Source: Callorhinchus milii (Eukaryota). From it: DNA of 64,000 nucleotides. The position numbers were made by a program, and so were the translations under genes. Position 1 is the stretch's first letter. Every line of letters starts with the position of its first letter. The notes beneath the pieces were generated by a model. The model was not told the origin of the DNA and made no database searches. It was given only the letters and a program-made list of their open reading frames with translations. Positions 1-12,209 of the stretch are shown here, in pieces. The stretch is taken from NCBI RefSeq assembly GCF_018977255.1, contig NW_024705146.1, positions 1 through 64,000 of the forward strand, given 5' to 3'.

Positions 1-506
1 GGTCTGCCACCGTTGTGGTCGAGAGGGGCATGTGGCGAGGGGGTGCCGCACGGAGCCGGAGGCCGCCAACGTCACCTGGAACCCGCCGGGGCCGAACGCC
101 GACAGGATCCAGGCGAGTGACGCCGTCCCGCCCGGCCTCTCGTCGGGCCGAGCATTACAATTTCGACGCCGCGAACTTACCGGGAGTCTCCTCGGGGTGG
201 GCGCCGTCGGTGTCGTTCCCCGGTCCCCATTGTCCGGGTCAGGGGAAGGGGATCGCGCCGGTGATAGCGCGGGGCCTGTGATTGCGTCGCGACCCGGAGT
301 GGCGTCGCAAACGGACGTGACGTTGCATCCGGAAGTGACGTCGCGGCCAAAAGTGGTGTCGCGGATCGCGCCGGGAATTGCGCCGGGCCGTGGACCGCGT
401 CGGGAGTCGCGCCGAGGCCAGAGACCGCGTCGGGAGTCGCGCCGAGGCCGGGAGGGACGTCGCGGGCGGACGTGACGTCGCGGGCGGGAAGTGACGTCGC
501 GAGGAG

Positions 507-3500
507 GTGACGTCGCGGGCGCGTGACGTCGCGGGCGGAGGACGTCGCGGGCGGGGACGTCGCGTGACGGCGGGGCGTGGTTTCGCGGGCGGGCATGACG
601 TCACCAGTTTACCGCGACGCCGGCGAGTTGCCAGGGGCAACGGCCCGTGTGCGGAGACGGCACACAAAATTGACATTGCGCCCTGGAGCAGTTCCACGGC
701 CCGCCTCGCCACCGCTTTGCGGCGGAGCGAGACGGAACCAGGGGGACCACGCCCCCGTGACAAAGGAAAGGGAGGGAGAAGGGAGGGGCTCACGGGAAGG
801 CCCACCCCCCAGTCCCCACCGCCCCCTACAATGGGGGGGCCCCCTCCCCACACCACAAGGGGGGCCCACCCTACGTCACCAAGGGGGGGCAATTTGTACC
901 ACATAGAGAGCCCAGCCCGCAACCCAGGAGGAAGCCCACACTATGTAACAAGGGCGCGCTCACCCTGCTGCGACGCACTCCAAAGGGAGGAACCCCATCT
1001 TCGGTCCATTCACATCCATCCCCCATCATCTCACCATGCACCACAGGATAACGAGACACCGCCTGGTCAGTGGCCGGACTCAGCCACACAATGGAGGAAG
1101 CTGGCAAGGCGGGTGGTAGCGGCCACGTCAGGAACCTCGGTCCTGGTCGGTGAAATCGCGGGAGTGTCGGCACGTATCTTGGTGGATACGGGGGCATCAG
1201 CCACGATCATCTCGAGCACCATGCATGAGATGCTGCCGGATAAAATCCGACCTTTAGTCCCCGTCAAGACAACGTTCATTGCAGCAAATGGAGGCAGCAT
1301 GGGCTTCCTGGGCCAGGTTGAAGCCCCGACACAGATTGGGCAGCTTTCGGTAGCAGGACCCATCCTTGTCTTCGCAACGTTGCCCGTACCCTGCCTGTTG
1401 GGGACGGACTTTCTGAGGCGGATGCCAATGAAAATCGATCTGGCCAATGGGCGGGTCGAAGTCCAGGGAACGCATCTCCATTTCCTAAAGGCGGAGGGGG
1501 CCAGCCGGGGTGTACCCTATGTGCAGGCTCTGGTCAGTAAGTCTGTCTCCATTCCCCCGGCAGCCCAGATGCTGATTCCGCTGCAATATCGGTCCCCCCT
1601 CGTGACAGCCCGACCAGACTCACCCATCCTGGTGTCTCCGGCGTCAGCTGCCATGGATCGCCATGCGCTGGTGGGAGCCGAAACTATTGTACAGAGGAAC
1701 TAGCATTTGTTCATTCAGGTGCTGAACACCTCCGATAGAACAGCGACGGTGCAGGAGGGAACAGTTCTGGCCCACGTTAGTCCCTTGTCACTAGGAGCCC
1801 CAGGGACAAAGCCCGAGCTTGTAGGCAGCATCAGCCAGTCCAAGGACAGAGGGGCCGAATCGTGGATGGACCAGCTGGCGGGGCCTGAGCCGGGATTGCC
1901 GCCCGACCAGAAACAGCAGCTGCACTCGTTATTGCATGAGTTCTCGGACGTGTTCAGCCGGGGACCGTTCGACCTAGGGTGCACAAATCTGTCGCAGCAC
2001 CACATTAACACGGGAGATGCCGCACCCCTGCGCCAAAACACATATAGAATGAGCCCAATGGAAAAAGGGCACATTCAACAAGCGATGCAGGAGATGCTGC
2101 GGGCCGACATAATTTCTCCCTCCTCGAGTCCCTGGGGGGCACCGGTGGTCCTAGTCAAGAAGTCAGACGGGTCACTGAGATTCTGTGTGGACTTCCGACG
2201 CCTCAATGCCGTCACGCTGGCCGACGCATATCCCCTACCACGTATTGACGACTCATTGGATGCACTGGCGGGAGCAAAATTTTTCAGTACGCTGGATTTA
2301 TTGTCCGGGTTCTGGCAGGTCCCACTAGACGCGGACTCCCGGCCTAAAACAGCGTTCCGGACACCACAAGGGCCTGTTCGAGTTCAACTGCCTGCCTATG
2401 GGCCTCCAGACTGCGCCGGCGACGTTCCAACGCATAATGGAGTTGGCCTTAGCAGGCCTCCAATGGGAAACGTGCCTCATCTACCTGGATGACGTCATTG
2501 TCTTCAGCCGATCATTCGAGGAACACATTGACCGATTACGTCAGGTATTCCTGCGGTTCCAGAACGCGAACTTGAAGCTCAAGCCGTCGAAGTGCCACCT
2601 TATGCAGTCGTCGGTACGCTACTTGGGCCACGTCGTCAGTGAGTCTGGAGTGGCTACAGACCCGGAAAAGACGGCCTGCGTGAGGGCCTGGGCTGTTCCC
2701 ACAACGGTTCCAGAGGTACGCCGGTTTGTGGGTTTCGTTTCTTACTACCGCCGGTTCGTACCCAACTTCGCAACCATTGCCAAGCCCTTGCACGTGTTGA
2801 CGGCGAAGAACCAGAGGTTTTATTGGGGCCCTCTGGAGGAAGAGGCATTCCAGCAGCTGCGCTCGCGTCTGACAGATGCACCACCATTGGCCTTTCCGGA
2901 TTTTGGCCTCCCCTTTATCCTGGACACGGACGCCAGCGATGTGGGCATCGGCAGTGTTTTGTCGCAAGTCCAGCAGGGTCGCGAGGTGGTTATCGCCTAT
3001 GGTAGTCGCGTGCTTTCATCAGCGGAGCAGCGCTACTGCGTCACACGTAGGGAACTCCTGGCAGTCGTTCACTTCGTGCAGCAATTCCGACCCTACCTGT
3101 ATGGTCGCAAATTTACGGTCCGCACTGACCACGCGGCCTTGCAGTATTCGCTCCGCATCGACCAGCCTTCGGGCCAGCTGGCCAGATGGATAGAGCGCCT
3201 GCAGGAGTACAGGTACCAAGTAGTGCATCGCAAAGGGACCAGACATGCCAACGCAGACGCATTGTCCCGACTGGCGCCCCAGGGCCCTTGTGCATGCACC
3301 ACAGGCGGGGCACGCTGCAAGGAGGCGAGGCCGGAGGGACGGTCATCGCTCCCGTACGCACGGCGGAGGACACACAGGGTGAGGTCCAGCTGACCGACCA
3401 CGACCTGGGGCTGACCTTGGACGATTGGCGACGGCTACAGCTGGAGGAAGCCCCACTGCGAACGCTACGCGCCTCAGCAGAGGCAGGGGGGAGGAGTACA

Positions 3501-4761
3501 TCGTATGGGAGGACCTCCTCATGCGATGGGACCCGACAGGGCGCCGACGATGCCTGGTAGTTCCGGAGTCGCTGCGTCAACAATTGGTTATGGACGTACA
3601 CGGCCACCAGCTGCTGCACCTGGCGGGGCGGAAGACACTGTACACATTACAGAGTTGGTACTTTTGGCCAGGTATGACCGCTGACGTGCATCGATGGGTC
3701 GCTACCTGCGTCGAATGTGCGCGGCGAAAGCCGCCACCCCGGGTAAGCCGGGCGCCCCTACAGCCCATCACGGTGACCAGGGTCAACGAATTGGTTGCGT
3801 TGGACATCCTGGGACCACTGCCGGTCACGCCACGGGGAAATAAATACCTGTTGGTCGGAGTCGAGTACTGCACGAGGTGGCCGATGGCGTGGGCCCTCCC
3901 GGACCAAACGGCACAGACCATCGCCGATGCCTTCGTGGGAGGCTATGTCCTTGATAAGGGGGCACCGGAGCGGTTGCTCACGGATCAGGGCAGGAATTTC
4001 TCCTCACATCTATTGAAGGACGTCTGCTCTATCCTGGGCACTAAAAAGGTCCAACATCTCCGTATCATCCCCAGACCGATGGGATGGTAGAGCGGCTTAA
4101 CCGCACCATAGCGGCCATGCTGTCCCAAGTGGTGGACGAAAACCATTCCGACTGGGACCTCCACATTCCATCGGTCTTAGCGGCGTACAGGGTGGCCCCA
4201 CACGCGGCGACGGGGTTCTCGCCGTTTTTCCTGATGTACGGACGGGATCCCGTTCCGCCTATTGAGGTGCAGCTGACGGACATTCCCGCAAGAGCCGACG
4301 CATGGCCGAAGGCACTAAAGACCTCCCTCATTTATTTGAGAGAGGCCCGCCAAGCAGCCGAGGCCGCATCGGCCACGAGCCAAGAGAGTAATGTACGGAT
4401 ACGGGAGAGGACAGTGACAGCCAAGCCCTTTAAAGTCGGGGACCAGGCATGGCTACACTGTCCTCAGGTGCCGGTTGGCCTCTCACCAAAGCTGCACGGA
4501 CCCTGGAAAGGGCCGGTCGAGGTCATTAAAGCACTCCGACCGCAGTGCGTCCAGGTCCAACTGGGTAAGCGACGATGGTTTGTACACCCCACCCGCCTTA
4601 AGCCATACATCTCTCCACCGTCATCTTCACCAACATCACCACCAACATCACTGCCAACATCATCATCATCCCTACCCAGGCCAAGGTCGCCGACCACCAC
4701 GCGCCGACCGGCAGGGGTTCGGTGCCCTGTGTTCCCTTGTCACCTACAGCACCCCATGTGA
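507..4761 (+). pseudogene. pol: Gypsy pol polyprotein, disrupted by a stop at 1701-1703 and several frameshifts
   Basis: Protease ILVDTGASATII (~1185); RT LRFCVDFRRLN, YPLPRIDD, YLDD (2482-2493); RNase H FILDTDASD...RELLAVV...TDHAAL; integrase H..H/CVEC, ALDILGP, LLTDQG, GMVERLNRT; GPY/F-like GPWKGPVEV. Confidence 0.95.
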
Positions 4762-5113
4762 GGCCTGACGGAGCGGCAGCACGAGCGGGGGCCGGAGAGA
4801 CAGCGGCGCCAGGCAAGGCGACACCGGCACCACCGAACCAGGGACCGCGACGAGAGGGCCTTCGAAGGAGGGGGCCGCCACGGTCATCTGCTGCCTGTGG
4901 ATGTCCGGGCTGTTACGGGATGCTGGCTGGAGACCTGGGCAGGCCGCGCAATTGATTTCGTTGTGTTATGTTGCATTGTATGGTTGTGGGGGGGGGGGGG
5001 TAAGGGCTGTCGTCACTGTCAGTGGTGGGAGGCATGGGGAGATTTAAATGGTCCATGGGGGAGGCAGAACCGAGGACGGTTATTTTTTCTCCGGGGGGGG
5101 GGGGGGGGGGTGA

Positions 5114-5308
5114 TGTAGGGGTGTCAGGGGAGGATTCCCACCAATAGATGGGTTAGTGGGAGGGTGATCGAGGAGATATAAGGAGAGAACGGGCGGGAAG
5201 AAGGGGCCTTTGGCGGGAACGAGATTGGGACGGCTGGGGCAGGTGTGGGTGGAAGGAAAGGAATAAAGGACGAGACCCCTGCAATCTGGTGTCGGCTCCC
5301 CCTTTACA
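5114..5308 (+). repeat. 3' LTR of the first Gypsy element (~195 bp)
   Basis: Follows the poly-G PPT, has TGTAGGGG...CCCCCTTTACA inverted termini and AATAAA at ~5262. Confidence 0.8.
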
Positions 5309-5771
5309 CATGTGTAAATCAGTCCTGAGCCTCCCCCTGGACGACTCAACGGTAGTACCTGGTGCAGTGTGTGTACATCAGCAGTGGGAAGACAAAGGCA
5401 GGCAAGGTTGCCCACACCGACCCCTCATGTGCCATGCCGGCCTTCACAGGTGCTCGCTAATAACAAGTCTATACAGTACGGGGTGTCTCTTTGTGTGTCT
5501 TTGTCAGTGGTTCACATGTGCCGCATCCCCTGCAAACTGGGCTCGATTCCTGACCATGGGATACCATCAGCATTGATATCTCCCATGGTTGGCGTATCCT
5601 TCACTAAATAACTGCTGCAGTGTCAACAAGAAAAATCATCAATGGGGAGACAAAGACGGCCAGGCATGGCGTGGGTCACACCACCGCCTTTTATATCGAG
5701 GCAGCCTTCACTGGGCGCTTATAGTAGATGCTCCATGGTGTGTCTGGCTAAATTTGGTGCGTACATATGTT

Positions 5772-6060
5772 GGGGGAGCGGTGGTGCAGCAGTTAGCGCG
5801 CTGTGCTACGAACCCAGTGACACGAGTTTGATTCCCGCCCACGTGCAACAACAGCGAAGATTATCTGAACCGGTCTTGGGCCTCCCCTAGGTCAACTCAG
5901 CCTCAAATTAGTACCGAGTGCGGTGTGGAAACATCGAGCATGGTGCTGGCCACTCACTCCCTCGTGTACGGTGCCGGCTTTCATGGGTGTTCGCTTACAG
6001 CACTTGCCCTAACAGTCTGGCAAGGCTTTACGGGGGATCTTTGTCTTTGTACATATGTAT
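5772..6060 (+). mobile_element. tRNA-derived SINE with Nin/Deu-like core
   Basis: A-box-like TGGTGCAGCAGTTAGCG, B-box-like GAGTTTGATTCCC, core CTAGGTCAACTCAGCCTCAAATTAGTACC; related copies at ~8189-8420, ~32400-32660 (minus), ~54700-54830 and ~63660-63790. Confidence 0.6.
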
Positions 6061-6335
6061 TCAAGTTTGTGTACGTTTGCAGCTAAGTATGTGTGCGTGT
6101 ATATGTGAATGCGTATGTACAGTGAGGGAAAAAAAGTATTTGATCCCCTGCTGAATTTGTACGTTTGCCCACTGACAAAGAAATGATCAGTCTGTAATTT
6201 TAATGGTAGGTTTATTTGAACAATGAGAGACAGAATAACAACAACAAAATCCAGAAAACGCATGTCAAAAATGTTATAAATTGATTTGCATTTTAATAAG
6301 GGAAATAAGTATTTGACCCCTCTGCAAAACATGAC

Positions 6336-7768
6336 TTAGTACTTGGTGGCAAAACCCTTGTTGGCAATCACAGAGGTCAGACGTTTCTTGTAGTTGGCCA
6401 CCAGGTTTCCACACATCTCAGGAGGGATTTTGTCCCACTCCTCTTTACAGATCTTCTCCAAGTCATTAAGGGTTCGAGGCTGACGTTTGGCAACTCGAAC
6501 CTTCAGCTCCCTCCACAGATTTTCTATGGAATTAAGGTCTGGAGACTGGCTAGGCCACTCCAGGACCTTAATGTGCTTCTTCTTGAACCACTCCTTTGTT
6601 GCCTTGGTCGTGTGTTTTGGGTCATTGTCATGCTGGAATACCCATCCACGACCCATTTCCAATGCCCTGGCTGAGGGAAGGAGGTTCTCACCCAAGATTT
6701 GACGGTAAATGGCCCCGTCCATCGTCCCTTTGATGCGGTGAAGTTGTCCTGTCCCCTTAGCAGAAAAACACCCCCAAAGCATAATGTTTCCACTTCCATG
6801 TGTAATAAAGGACTCTCTCTCAGATGTCGATCTCCGTTGTCCTTTATTGGGTTCGTAGAATCTCGATACCACGGCGTCTCGCTCAGGTCCGCGTCCCACC
6901 GACGACCTCTCCACAGCCCTCGGCTGCTCCGTTATGCAGTCTCCCTGCTGCTCCGTCAGGCAATCCTTGCAGCCACACCGCTGCCCCGCTGTCTAGCGTC
7001 ACCGCTGCCCTTTACACAGCTAGCCTCTCACTGCCCTGTTAGCTCTCTTCGTCTGACACCGATGGCTGATGATGTCGACGTCTCCCACCGCGTGGCGACC
7101 GCGCCACTCTCTCCGTCTTGCCCAGCGTGGCCTCCTCGTGTTTCACTCCGTCTCAACTCCCCCTTCCCCTTCCGGTTCTCTCCCTAAATCCTCTCCCTCA
7201 CGTGACCCTAACTCCACCCACTCCCCACGTGACCCAGACTCCACCCCCCCTCAATCCTTGCTCGCATTACACATGTTTGACGGTGAGGATGGTGTTCTTG
7301 GGGTCATTGGCAGCATTCCTCCTCCTCCAAACACAGCGAGTTGAGTTGATGCCAAAGAGCTCCATTTTTGGTCTCATCTGACCACACCACTTTCACCCAG
7401 TTGTCCTCTGATTCATTCAGATGTTCATTGGCAAACTTCAGACGGGCATGTATATGTGCTTTCTTGAGCAGGGGGACCTTACAGGTGCTGTAGGATTTCA
7501 GTCCTTCACGGCGTAGTGTGTTACCAACTGTTTTCTTGGTGACTATGGTCCCAGCTGCCTTGAGATCATTGACAATATCCTCCCGTGTAGTTCTGGGCTG
7601 ATTCCTCACCGTTCTCATGATAATTGCAACTCCACGAGGTGAGATCTTGCATGGAGCTCCAGGCCGAGGGAGATTGACAGTTATTTTGTGTTTCTTCCAT
7701 TTGCGAATAATCGCACCAACTGTTGTCACCTTCTCACCAAGCTGCTTGGCGATGGTCTTGTAGCCCAT
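6336..7768 (-). pseudogene. Tc1 transposase (DD34E), split by the insertion at 6801-7271
   Basis: GYKTIAKQL (HTH), [31 protein letters not shown]. Confidence 0.92.
6801..7271 (-). mobile_element. Solo LTR (Gypsy-type) with 4-bp TSD CATG
   Basis: TGTAAT...ATTACA termini, CATG at 6797-6800 and 7272-7275, AATAAA on the minus strand at ~6843-6848; removing it rejoins the two halves of the Tc1 transposase. Confidence 0.85.
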
Positions 7769-8188
7769 TCCAGCCTTGATTGCTTCTGTGAACAGGTGTC
7801 TTTTATACAGGTAACAAGCTGAGACTAGGAGCAGTCCCTTAAATGTGTGCTCCTAATCTCAGCTCGTTACCTGTATAAAAGACACCTGGGAGCAAGAAAT
7901 CTTTCTGATTGAGAGGGGGTCAAATACTTATTTTTCTCATTAAAATGCAAATCAATTTATAACATTTTGACGTGCGTTTTTATGGATTTTGTTGTTATTA
8001 TTCTGTCTCTCACTGTTCAAATAAACCTACCATTAAAATTATAGACTGATCATTTCTTTGTCAGTGGGCAAACGTACAAATCAGCAGGGGATCAATACTT
8101 TTTTCCCTCACTGTATTTGTGCATGTGTGTTCATGCATGCGTGTGTCCATATGAATGCATGTGCATGCGTGTGGGTACACGCATGAAT

Positions 8189-8420
8189 GGGGGGCGTTGG
8201 TGTACTGGTTAGCGCGTTGCGCTACGAACACAGTCCTGGGCCTCCCCTAGGTCGACTCCATCTTAAATTATGACAGTACCTGGTGCGGTGTGTAAACATC
8301 GCCACCGGGGAGACAAAGACGGCCGAGCGTGGTACTGGCCATCCACCCCTCGTGTGCATTGCTGGCCTTCTTCATAGGCAATCATTAACACAACTTGTCC
8401 CAACAGTCTGTTCGACTACA
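8189..8420 (+). mobile_element. SINE, same family as 5772-6060, internally deleted
   Basis: TTAGCGCGTTGCGCTACGAAC...GGGCCTCCCCTAGGTCGACTC matches the 5772 copy. Confidence 0.6.
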
Positions 8421-8697
8421 CGGAAGATGAGAATAGGATTTCCCCTTTTTTCTGGCAACAAAACAGGTGTTAAGATGTTAAAACACCAAACTGAAACCTT
8501 TTATAAGGAATCATGTCTGCATTAACCACAATACTTGTGGTCAGAATGTAAAAAAAAACATACTCTGATTATATATATATGCATTGTCTTTGAAACTGAT
8601 TGGCCCACACCAGAGACAGCTTTCTTTTGAGCCTCGTTCAAAAGGTGTTAGACCGCGTCCTCTGGTCTAACACCGTTTGGGATTAGGATGTTTTTTA

Positions 8698-9262
8698 TTT
8701 ACATGCTTTTATTTAACTCTGTCTGTTGTACCCTTAACTTTGGCAGTTGTATCCTCAACTCTGGCAGTTGTTGTATCCTCAACTCTGGCAGTTGTTGTAT
8801 CCTCAACTCTGGCAGTTGTTGTATCCTCAACTCTGGAAGTTGTTGTATCTTCAACTCTGGAAGTTGTTGTATCCTCAACTCTGGCAGTTGTTGTATCTTG
8901 AACTCTGACAGTTGTTGTATCCTCAACTCTGGAAGTTGTTGTACCCTCAACTCTGGCAGTTGTTTTATCCTAAATCTTGTAACTAAATTTTAACCCACTT
9001 CCCAATGTGGTATCGACTGCAAACATGGTAAACGTATGTCATACCGGTGACAATACTATATTCTATCATTGAAAAAAAGAATGTAAGCAATCTTTTTTAA
9101 ATCTTATGTTTCGGTTTGGGTCTAATTGTCCACGCTCAACTGACGTTGGCTGTAAATCACAACGGCCCTTACGTTGTGGCAAGCCTCGGGGCCACTTCCT
9201 GGAGTCGTGGAGTTTTGCCATTACTCGTACGGTACATTTCATTAAAGCGTGTTTAAAAAAAA
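8698..9262 (+). mobile_element. Unclassified dispersed repeat with short inverted ends (ACACGCTTT...AAAGCGTGT)
   Basis: Core TCTTGTAACTCAATTTTAACCCACTTCCCAATGTGGTATCGACTGCAAACTTGG recurs at ~46760, ~50610, ~55340, ~55510, ~55870 and ~59550. Confidence 0.65.
8720..8975 (+). repeat. 24-bp minisatellite (ACTCTGGCAGTTGTTGTATCCTCA), ~10 units
   Basis: Directly visible tandem units. Confidence 0.9.
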
Positions 9263-9409
9263 AGTTTTTGAAATATTACTTATTGTGTTTGGTTTGTTGT
9301 TGTCCTTCCCGCGCACCTCCGATTAGCGCGGTTGGCAACGTACGGCGCGGTGGATCGCAGTGCTCAGTGGATTGGTCACCACTGGTCTAGACAAACATAA
9401 CATTCTGCA

Positions 9410-9622
9410 CTCTTTGGTTCTTTTGGTAAAGTCACGTAGGTATAAAATAAAATAAATCACGAATTTTCGGGCGCAACACAAGCGTCCGTCATCAGGTGGG
9501 AAAGCATGGTCTGCTGTTGAGGCAGACTGTTTTAAAACAGTTTATTTGATTTTATACCTACGTGACTTTACCGAAAGAACCAAAGAGTATGGATTCCTGC
9601 AGTCACGAAAGCTTCAAATCAA
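9410..9622. mobile_element. Short fold-back Penelope-derived element
   Basis: TTGGTTCTTTTGGTAAAGTCACGTAG is inverted against CTACGTGACTTTACCGAAAGAACCAA, then CTGCAGTCACGAAAGCTTC as at the 3' end of the element at 39195-41798. Confidence 0.75.
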
Positions 9623-10285
9623 GATAACAATCCGCCTTAAAAAAATATAACCCACTCTAGTTTCATGAACATACTTGACAATCCTCCTCTAATCATATAC
9701 CCACATTATGAACCATACAATGAACCATATAATTGCCTCACTTCATCTGTTTAACGGTCGGTCCCTACAAAAGAACACATTTTGTTGAGATGAGCTTTCA
9801 TGAATTATCAGCTGTTTCAAGGCCACCACCTACCATATACAAGATGCAGAGCTGCCCTATGCGAAGCATCGATTGCACAAAGCACTGCCATCCTTACCGT
9901 GTCATTTTCTCCTTTCCCGTTTGCCACATGTCAGTGGGAGACACCTGGAACCTGCCAGAAACAATGACGCACCTCAATCACGTCTGATTTCTAATAGTGT
10001 ACATTATTTCCTCCGTTACTTTCTGGTAGGCCAATCAAATCGCACGCCCCAAGTCCTACCCCGATCCCTCATCCCCGACTGAAGGCCCAGTCCCCCTTTT
10101 TAATTTCTGATAGTCAATTCAAACAATGTTGGTACAATATTTCTCATACAGCATGACAGACAAAAGCCGTTCTAGTAATGCATTCGTTTAAAGTTTGTTT
10201 AGCTCTGTGTCGTCCCCTTGGTTTATGTATGACCCCCCCCCCCTTGAATGAGGTCTTGCTACATGAGTTGCCCTCATCCGAAGGC

Positions 10286-10456
10286 TAGTGGTTCCCAACC
10301 TTTCTGGACCGCCGTGCACGAAAAGCATACAGTACGTGTCAACATTAAACGCGTCAACATTACTCCAAACCGTAGCATCGGCAACAGTGCTGCAAACCAC
10401 TTGCCACTGCGTCATCAGCCACCTGTGATCTCTGGACCACGGGTTGGGAATCACTG
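10286..10456. mobile_element. hAT-like MITE
   Basis: TIRs (T)AGTGGTTCCCAACC / GGTTGGGAATCACTG. Confidence 0.65.
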
Positions 10457-12000
10457 TTCTAGGAATACACACAGTAAATACTAATCCCATGGAAAGCGAT
10501 GGTACACACTGCACATGTACATGTGTTGCTGTACTAATGCTGCAGAGTGAGAGAGAGAAAAACGTACCTTTTGTTAATTCAGCCACAACTTTCCACTTTC
10601 CCTTTGGGTCCAATTTGTTGATGTCCTGTGAGAGTTTGAATATCTGTCTGCATAAAGACACGTTTTCAAAACAATTACACGTTTAACTATCTTGCCGATG
10701 AACACACTTTGCGATCAAATGGGGAGCAGGTAAATACAATAGATTATATTACTGCATAATATTGAGATGTGTGTCCGAATGCGACCGCACTTCAAGACAG
10801 GCAATATAACCCCTAAAAATATACCGACACAATTTTTACTTATAGTTTACTACAAACTCTACCACTGTCAGCCACGAAATGAAGAAAATTATTTTATAAC
10901 TCGTCCAGTCAGCAAGCCCTCACTTCCTGTCACGGAACCACCCCAAATGTCAACACCACAGAACTACTATTGCAGTCAATTACATTGACAAATCTCTCTC
11001 AACACACGCAGTGCGAATTCATGCTGTCAAGTGCGGTTCGCCTTGTGTCATTTAACAGAAAATATATACACATTATAGACCCCAGCTGAGATAGGCATAA
11101 CTTGGTGAAAAGTCAAAGTGCTTTCCTGCTCAAATGAGCATTACACTAAAAACGAAACTTTTTTTATTTTACCAGTTAAGGCCCACTGAGCTATATAGCT
11201 CTTTTTCAGAAGCGACCTGGCTACAAATGATAGCTCAACGAAAGTGGCTTATCACGTGGAAATGTATAGCAGCCAATACTCTACACCAGTGCATATCCCC
11301 AGTTTACAGCCCTGTGCCAGTGGTGGAAAATCCTCATTCATATCATGTGGATGAGATTATTCATAGGACAAACACTGTTGACTTACCTACAAAGTGGTAC
11401 TTGTTTTTATCAACCGTGGAGGGCTAATGGGCTATCAACCTTCCTACTGATCGCTTTACTGCTGGAGCCACCTGGGCAGATATTTAATTTAAATGTGCTT
11501 TTTCTATAAGACTTAATTTAGGAAATGATAATATATTGGGTTGGAAAGTGTGCAAAGAAGCATGGGAAGATGGTTTCTTAATATGAGACAAATAGGCAGG
11601 AAGAGGAACAAAAGTTAGACATACTATTGACTTCAAAATGTTAGTGCGCTTGGGCAGACCACATAGCTGGGAAATAGCGAAGGGGAGATTGGTGACAGAA
11701 TAGCAGCAAAGGAGAGAACGTGCCATAGAGGACGTCCATCCCAATGTTGGGGTTAATAGATTAGTTCACGTGAACTCGCAACATTGGTTATGGCATCATA
11801 TAAATAAAAGATCAGATGCGTGTGTTTTTGTACAGCTATTGGTAGGGCATAGACCATAAAGCTCATTAAACTTTAAAACCTAGTTGGACTATGTGGTATG
11901 AAAGAGAACATAACGTTTCTGTAGACTAATCCATTGCAAACTTTAAACATCTACATCGGCCAGTGCTCCATGAAACGCAACAGATGAGCATTATGGCAAT

Positions 12001-12209
12001 CTTCTTGGTTCTTTCGGTAAAGTCACGTAGTAGGGAAATAATAAAATAATAAAAATAAAACAGAATAAAATACAATTCTCACAACGTTCTGACCACAACA
12101 CAAGCAGCCGTCCTCGGGTGAAGAACAGGTCTGTCGGAAAGACGTGACTTTACCGAAAGAACCAATAAGATGAATCCCTGCAGTCACGCAAGCTTTCAAT
12201 CGAAATTTA
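12001..12209. mobile_element. Short fold-back Penelope-derived element with a decayed hammerhead motif on the minus strand
   Basis: Same inverted terminal motif as 9410; 12078-12121 resembles the reverse complement of the HHR at 41279. Confidence 0.75.

Larger units (their letters stand above)
1..5308 (+). mobile_element. Ty3/Gypsy LTR retrotransposon (5' part outside the window), degenerate
   Basis: PR-RT-RNaseH-IN order in broken ORFs 507-4761, poly-G PPT 5093-5110, 3' LTR 5114-5308. Confidence 0.95.
6120..8113 (-). mobile_element. Tc1-family DNA transposon, full length, interrupted by a solo LTR
   Basis: ~210-bp TIRs starting CAGTGAGGGAAAAAA, TA on both sides (6118-6119, 8114-8115), transposase on the minus strand. 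Confidence 0.95.

Noticed and set aside
1500-1790. Extra region between protease and RT as a novel domain
   Set aside because: Resembles the degenerate dUTPase-like spacer common in Gypsy pol, and the second element has it too
5772-5850. tRNA-like sequence as a real tRNA gene
   Set aside because: No complete cloverleaf; it continues into a SINE core repeated elsewhere in the window
8677-8993. Repetitive ORFs (LAVVVSST / IQQLPELR), superficially LRR- or CRISPR-like
   Set aside because: Translations of a 24-bp minisatellite with no unique spacers and no cas genes
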